From: Hyphomicrobiaceae bacterium
GTDB lineage: Bacteria > Pseudomonadota > Alphaproteobacteria > Rhizobiales > Hyphomicrobiaceae
Length of the DNA: 57,705 nt
Assembly: GCA_035436725.1 (NCBI GenBank)
Contig: DAOMWV010000001.1
Location: forward strand, 1 to 57,705
Reading direction: 5' to 3'
Numbering within the stretch: position 1 is the first letter of the stretch; each line of letters begins with the position of its first letter. A program made the position numbers and the translations under genes. Below are positions 53,325 to 57,705 of the stretch, one piece after another. The notes under the pieces were generated by a model. The model saw only the letters and a program-made list of their open reading frames with translations, ran no database searches and had not been told where the DNA came from.

Positions 53325-54263
53325 CTAGATCGGCTCCCACGAAAAAACATCCGGTGATCGATCCAGAGGCAACAACGACTGCGCGAGTGCGGGCATGCCA
53401 TGCTCGGCGATCGCTTCGGGCGTCCACCCTTCCGCGCGATGGACAGAGCGCAGCGGCCGGCTCTGGCCCATGACGAAAATCTCGTTCATGCGCGTGGCGA
53501 AGACGTTACCGGTGATCTTCGCAGCGGAGTCGGAGGCGAGGAAGACTGCGAGCGGCGCATTCTTGTCCGGCGTCATGCGCTTCAGATTTTCGACGCGCGC
53601 CTTCTGGATTGGATCGTCTGCCTTTATGCTGTCGGTCATGCGCGACCAGGCGAACGGCGCAATGCAATTGGACCGGACATTGTAGCGCGCCATGTCGAGA
53701 GCAATGGACTTGGAGAGCGCCGTGATACCGAGTTTGGCGGCGGAGTAGTTGGCCTGGCCGAAATTGCCGACGAGGCCGGACGCGGATGTCATGTGAACGA
53801 ACGCACCGCCGTTCTGCGCGCGGAAATATTCGGCAGCCGCGCGCGAAACGAAAAACGAGCCGTTCAGGTGAACATTCACGACGGAGAGCCAATCTTCCGG
53901 GCTCATTTTGTGGAATATGCTGTCGCGCAGAATGCCGGCATTGTTGACGACGATGTCGACGCGACCGAAAGCGTCGATCGCCGCCTTGACGATCCGCTGT
54001 GCGGATGCCCAATCGGCGACGCTATCGGTCGAGACGACAGCGCGACCGCCGCGCTGTTCGATGATCTGCTTCGTCTGGGTGGCGGGCGTATCGGAGAGCC
54101 CTTCACCACCAAGGGACGCCCCGATGTCGTTGATGACGACATCGGCGCCCGCCAATGCCATGGCGACAGCGATTTCGCGGCCAATACCTCCACCCGCTCC
54201 AGTGACGATCGCGACCTTTCCCGCGAGCATGCCGGAGCGCTGTGCCAACCTCGTGTCCGTCAT
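53325..54263 (-). CDS. SDR family oxidoreductase (3-hydroxyacyl-CoA dehydrogenase type-2 like)
   Basis: GKVAIVTGAGGGIGREIA, VNNAGI and YSAAK; 312 aa. Lies in the cluster with the thiolase and DUF35 genes. Confidence 0.8.
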   Translation of the reverse strand: MTDTRLAQRSGMLAGKVAIVTGAGGGIGREIAVAMALAGADVVINDIGASLGGEGLSDTPATQTKQIIEQRGGRAVVSTDSVADWASAQRIVKAAIDAFGRVDIVVNNAGILRDSIFHKMSPEDWLSVVNVHLNGSFFVSRAAAEYFRAQNGGAFVHMTSASGLVGNFGQANYSAAKLGITALSKSIALDMARYNVRSNCIAPFAWSRMTDSIKADDPIQKARVENLKRMTPDKNAPLAVFLASDSAAKITGNVFATRMNEIFVMGQSRPLRSVHRAEGWTPEAIAEHGMPALAQSLLPLDRSPDVFSWEPI

Positions 54264-54285
54264 TTCCGATACTCCCTCGCCGGCT

Positions 54286-55440
54286 TCAGAGCGTGGCTTC
54301 GCTGCCGAAAATCGCGGTCACCTCGCTCGAAAACTGCCCGCCGTTGCCGTGGCAAAGCGCGATGTCGCAGGTCTTCAACTGGCGTGCACCCGCATGGCCG
54401 CGCATTTGTGTCGCGGCTTCGTGGATGAGGAACATGCCGTACATGCCGGGATGAACACACGAGAGGCCGCCGCCGGACGTGTTGACGGCGAGCTTGCCGC
54501 CGGGCGCTATGGTGCCGCCCCGGACGAAGCGGCCGCCCTCGCCTTTCGGGCAGAAGCCGAGGTCTTCGAGGAACATCAGCGTGGTGATCGTGAAGGCGTC
54601 GTAGAGCATGACGAGATCGCAATCCGACGGTCCGAGGCCGGCCATGGCGTAGGCGCGCGGGCCGCTGTCGGCGGCGACGGACCGGGTGAGGCTTTCGGCC
54701 TGTACGATCGAGCGATGCGACTGTGCCGCACCGACGCCGAGAAGGTAGACGGGCTTCTGCTTCATGCTGCGCGCACGATCGGCACGAACCATGACGCAGG
54801 CCGCGCCGCCATCGGTGACGAGACAGCAGTCGCGAACGGTGAGCGGATCGGAAATCATGCGTGCGTTGAGCACATCTTCACGCGTGAGCGGCCCCTGAGC
54901 GAATGCCATGGGATTGAGGTTGGCCCACTGGCGGGCGGCGACAGCGATATCGGCCAGATCTTCGCGCGTGGTGCCGTACTCGTACATGTGGCGGGAGGTG
55001 GCGAGAGCGTAGCCGTTGATTGGATGGCGCGGCTTGTATGGCGCTTCGTGCCACTGCGGCTCGCTCATCGAGACGAGTTTTCCGGAGGCGGTGCGCTGGT
55101 TCGAGCCGTAGCAGATGAGGACGGCATTGCAGATACCGGCATCGAGCGCGAGAGCCGCCTGGAGCAGGTGCATTTCGAAGGAGGAACCGCCGATGTTGGT
55201 GCCGTCGAAAAAGGTCGCCTTGATGCCGAGATATTCGGCCACCGACAGTGTCGGGAAGCCGTGCGTCGCGGTTGCGGCGCATATGCCGTCGATATCGGAG
55301 ACCTCAAGGCCGGCGTCGGCAATGGCGGCAATGGCTGCTTCGCCGAGAATTTCGATGGCCGTGCGGCCGGGGGCCTCGCCCCAGTGCGCCGCTCCGAGGC
55401 CGACGATTGCGGTCTTGCCGCGCAGTGACGAGCCGCTCAT
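54286..55440 (-). CDS. Thiolase-like protein (SCP-x/lipid-transfer type acetyl-CoA acetyltransferase family)
   Basis: 384 aa with a thiolase fold. C-terminal NTSGGGLSCVHPGMYG and CHGNGG-like motifs. Its start overlaps the upstream DUF35 gene by 4 nt. Confidence 0.8.
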   Translation of the reverse strand: MSGSSLRGKTAIVGLGAAHWGEAPGRTAIEILGEAAIAAIADAGLEVSDIDGICAATATHGFPTLSVAEYLGIKATFFDGTNIGGSSFEMHLLQAALALDAGICNAVLICYGSNQRTASGKLVSMSEPQWHEAPYKPRHPINGYALATSRHMYEYGTTREDLADIAVAARQWANLNPMAFAQGPLTREDVLNARMISDPLTVRDCCLVTDGGAACVMVRADRARSMKQKPVYLLGVGAAQSHRSIVQAESLTRSVAADSGPRAYAMAGLGPSDCDLVMLYDAFTITTLMFLEDLGFCPKGEGGRFVRGGTIAPGGKLAVNTSGGGLSCVHPGMYGMFLIHEAATQMRGHAGARQLKTCDIALCHGNGGQFSSEVTAIFGSEATL

Positions 55441-55847
55441 GCGCCTGCTCCTTCTGCGGGGACGAAGACGACGGCGGGCTGGCCGTCGATATCGGTAATG
55501 CGCGCCTCGACGCTGGTGCCCACGGGGACGGCTTCGACACCGTCGATCCGCGACATCATGCGCGGGCCTTCGGCGAGTTCGACGATGGCGACGTTATGGT
55601 CACCCGTCTTAGCGCGATTGACTGTGATGGCGTAGACGGTGCCGCGTCCGGATGCCTCGACCCAGTCGAGGTCCGTCGCTCCTGTGCGCGGTTCGGCGAT
55701 ACGCGGGTAGAAGACGTAGCCACCGGTCGAGCGGCTTTTCTGGATCATGAAGCGGCCTTCCTTCAGAAAGGCGCGAAACTGTGCTTCAGGACCGGGGCCC
55801 GGCGACGATACTTCCATGCAATGCACCTCCCGAGTAACGACAGGCAC
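55437..55847 (-). CDS. DUF35 OB-fold/Zn-ribbon protein (thiolase partner)
   Basis: 136 aa. GRFMIQKSRSTGGYVFYPR...GRGTVYAITV...VAIVELAEGPRMMSRI is typical of DUF35. Translationally coupled to the thiolase gene. Confidence 0.75.
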   Translation of the reverse strand: MPVVTREVHCMEVSSPGPGPEAQFRAFLKEGRFMIQKSRSTGGYVFYPRIAEPRTGATDLDWVEASGRGTVYAITVNRAKTGDHNVAIVELAEGPRMMSRIDGVEAVPVGTSVEARITDIDGQPAVVFVPAEGAGA

Positions 55848-55977
55848 CGTCCATGTACGGATGCGCCTGCGACGGCATTCTCGGGAAGGCTATCACCAGC
55901 TACGCCGGGCGGTGAAGGGAACGACGATCAGGGCTCCGCATAGCTGTCGTGCGACAGCTTTGCTGGTCGCAGCCACG

Positions 55978-57282
55978 CTACAACGACGCCGCAATCGCGC
56001 AGCCGGCGCCGAACACTACGAGCGCTGGCTTGAAGAGGCCGTTCGTCTTCGCGGGTCTCGCCGTGCGGGCCGAAGCGCTCCGGTGGCGACGCAAAGCGCC
56101 AGACATGACGTGGCGGACGCGGGCGGGCATCTTGTCAATCAATGCCCTGGCCAGACCGACCGGATCTGCATCGGCGACAAGACCATGCGCGATACCCGGT
56201 CGGGTCAACGCCAGGGAGTAGCTCGACACTTCGGTGCCGCAATTCGCGAGGCTCAGCTTGTAGGCGTCGGCCGGCGGCTGTAGATCGAAGCGCTTTATTC
56301 CTTCGGCGAAGCAGGCTTCAAGCGTGTTTTCCAGCTGGAGCATGCCCGGGGAGAATGCTTCGTAGGTGCGATCGTAGGCGCCGAGATAGGAGACATAGAT
56401 GCCGTCGGCGACGAAGCCGAGCTCGATTGCGATGGCCTTGTCGTCGAGCGAAAGTTCCGAGTACCGCGCGTCGAGGCAACTTTCCGGTGCTGCGAGCTCA
56501 TTCACGAGGCCTTCAAAATCCGGGTCGTCTATCGTCCTCGATATGATGCCGCGGCTTTCGGCCCAGTCTCGCTTCATCGCGAGCAAAGTCGCGATCCGTT
56601 CGGATGCACTTGGGCCGACTGGCTCGAACGCGAAACTTACACGACCGGCGGCGTGTAACTGCTTGACGCGACGTGATCTGCTGCGCCGCGTCGTGCGGGA
56701 CTGGCTGGCGCGCCAGGCTTCGAACGATCCAATTGCCGCCAGATCGATGGCGGGGGCCCCTCTCGCCACCGTCTTGCGTGCGGTGCCTTCGAGGTAAGGA
56801 GCGATGCGTGCGTCGGCGCGCACATTTTCGAGTTGAAGACTGTGCACATGCGACCGGGTTCCGAGCTCCCGGAAAGCACGGTCCAGCCATGACGCGATAT
56901 CGACGGCATCGTCAGCGAGGACGTCGCCGTAGATGGCGCGACTGCCGCCGAGCCAGCGCATCGTCTTCAAGCCGATCAGCCGGTCGATCATCATGGGCGC
57001 GACCGCCAAAAGGCGGCCGCTGGCACGGACTGTGAGGATGCATGCTTCGGTGCGCGGCGGAAGCCGCCGCACGCACGCCGCCGCCCAATCGTAGCTCTGG
57101 TAGATGGTCGCCTTTTGCGATGCTGCCGCCATAAGCGCGCGCCACTCCGGCTCGAGTTGATGGATGGCATCGGGATCGCGGATGGCGTCGAGGGACAACG
57201 CCTGACCGGTTACGGCGCTGATCGGACGCGGCGGACTGTCGCCGCGCTCCTTGCCCGTTAATGTTTGCGCCAAACCGACCAT
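55978..57282 (-). CDS. GNAT-type acetyltransferase of the CelD/BioF2-like family; start uncertain
   Basis: LEPEWRALMAAASQKATIYQSYDWAAAC and a C-terminal FemAB-like acetyltransferase region. Judged by eye only. Confidence 0.55.
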   Translation of the reverse strand: MVGLAQTLTGKERGDSPPRPISAVTGQALSLDAIRDPDAIHQLEPEWRALMAAASQKATIYQSYDWAAACVRRLPPRTEACILTVRASGRLLAVAPMMIDRLIGLKTMRWLGGSRAIYGDVLADDAVDIASWLDRAFRELGTRSHVHSLQLENVRADARIAPYLEGTARKTVARGAPAIDLAAIGSFEAWRASQSRTTRRSRSRRVKQLHAAGRVSFAFEPVGPSASERIATLLAMKRDWAESRGIISRTIDDPDFEGLVNELAAPESCLDARYSELSLDDKAIAIELGFVADGIYVSYLGAYDRTYEAFSPGMLQLENTLEACFAEGIKRFDLQPPADAYKLSLANCGTEVSSYSLALTRPGIAHGLVADADPVGLARALIDKMPARVRHVMSGALRRHRSASARTARPAKTNGLFKPALVVFGAGCAIAASL

Positions 57283-57523
57283 ACCTGCCCCAATGTCCCG
57301 ACTCGAGGGATGCCTGTGCCGGGTTCAGCAAGAACCGGGCCGATGGAGGGGACGCAGCGTTTGCGATGATTTCACACGAGACGAAGCTGGCGCCTGTGTC
57401 ACAACAGGACAGTTGTGCGGAGATACGAGTTGCAGATGGGCGCAGCCCGCCAAGGAACCGACCGTCGGCCAGCAGGCAATGCGGGAGCGACGATCAGGAC
57501 CGGAAATCGCGGCAGGCGAGAGA

Positions 57524-57597
57524 TGGAGCGGGTGAAGGGAATCGAACCCTCGTATTCAGCTTGGAAGGCTGCTGCTCTACCATTGAGCTACACCCGC
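57524..57597 (-). tRNA. tRNA-Gly (anticodon UCC), CCA encoded
   Basis: The reverse complement GCGGGTG-TA-GCTC-AATGGTA-GAGC-A-GCAGC-CTTCCAA-GCTGA-...-GAGGG-TTCGATT-CCCTT-CACCCGC-T-CCA folds as a 74-nt cloverleaf with anticodon TCC. Confidence 0.9.
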
Positions 57598-57604
57598 ATG
57601 GTCT

Positions 57605-57705
57605 TTCCAGTTGTTCGTGGCGACTCCCCTGCGGGGAGCCGGCCGCCACAAACGGACATTCCAGTTGTTCGTGGCGACTCCCCTGCGGGGAGCCGGCCGC
57701 CACGA
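57605..57705. repeat. 54-bp tandem palindromic (REP-like) repeat upstream of tRNA-Gly, truncated by the window end
   Basis: ttccagttgttcgtggcgactcccctgcggggagccggccgccac occurs at 57605 and 57659. Each copy contains CTCCCC-tgc-GGGGAG nested within GTGGCG...CGCCAC. Confidence 0.85.

Overview
About 41 kb of this 57.7 kb, GC-rich window (positions 1 to about 41,150) is a purple-bacterial photosynthesis gene cluster (PGC). The light-harvesting and reaction-centre sequences look alphaproteobacterial and resemble Rhodopseudomonas and Bradyrhizobium, but that taxonomic guess is inference only. Gene order: bchP (3' end), a small membrane ORF, crtC-crtD (minus strand), then divergently crtF-bchCXYZ-pufQ-like-pufBALM-cycA-crtB (plus strand). 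Converging on crtB is one 20 kb co-directional minus-strand string of 17 genes: bchF-N-B-H-L-M-lhaA-puhA-B-C-bciE-like-acsF-puhE-hemA-dxs-idi(type 2)-crtI. Diverging from bchF is the regulatory block ppaA/aerR-ppsR-bphO-bphP-FixJ-like response regulator. Many gene junctions overlap by 1 to 4 nt, which suggests translational coupling. PpsR/CrtJ-type TGT-N12-ACA boxes sit in the bchC, crtD/crtF and bchF/ppaA promoter regions. Strong hairpins follow pufA and pufM. No pufC, pufX, crtE or crtA occurs in the window. From 41.1 to 46.9 kb, at the right PGC border, lies mobile or degenerate DNA: a 0.9 kb non-coding stretch with a possible transposase remnant, a cryptic integrative islet (P4-type integrase, AlpA, primase-polymerase) with no adjacent tRNA, and 74 bp tandem repeats. 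From 46.9 to 57.3 kb are ordinary metabolic genes: SDRs, an acyltransferase, an L-gulonate-dehydrogenase-like/BKACE pair, and a DUF35-thiolase-SDR-acyl-CoA dehydrogenase cluster. These are followed by tRNA-Gly(UCC) and 54 bp palindromic tandem repeats that run off the window end. Two things deserve the most follow-up. One is the PGC-linked bacteriophytochrome, whose output is an HWE histidine kinase plus receiver next to a FixJ-type regulator, unlike the kinase-less BphP1/PpsR2 model. The other is the integrative islet and repeat junk at the PGC edge. All functional calls rest on motif and family recognition by eye and on synteny. No database search was run.
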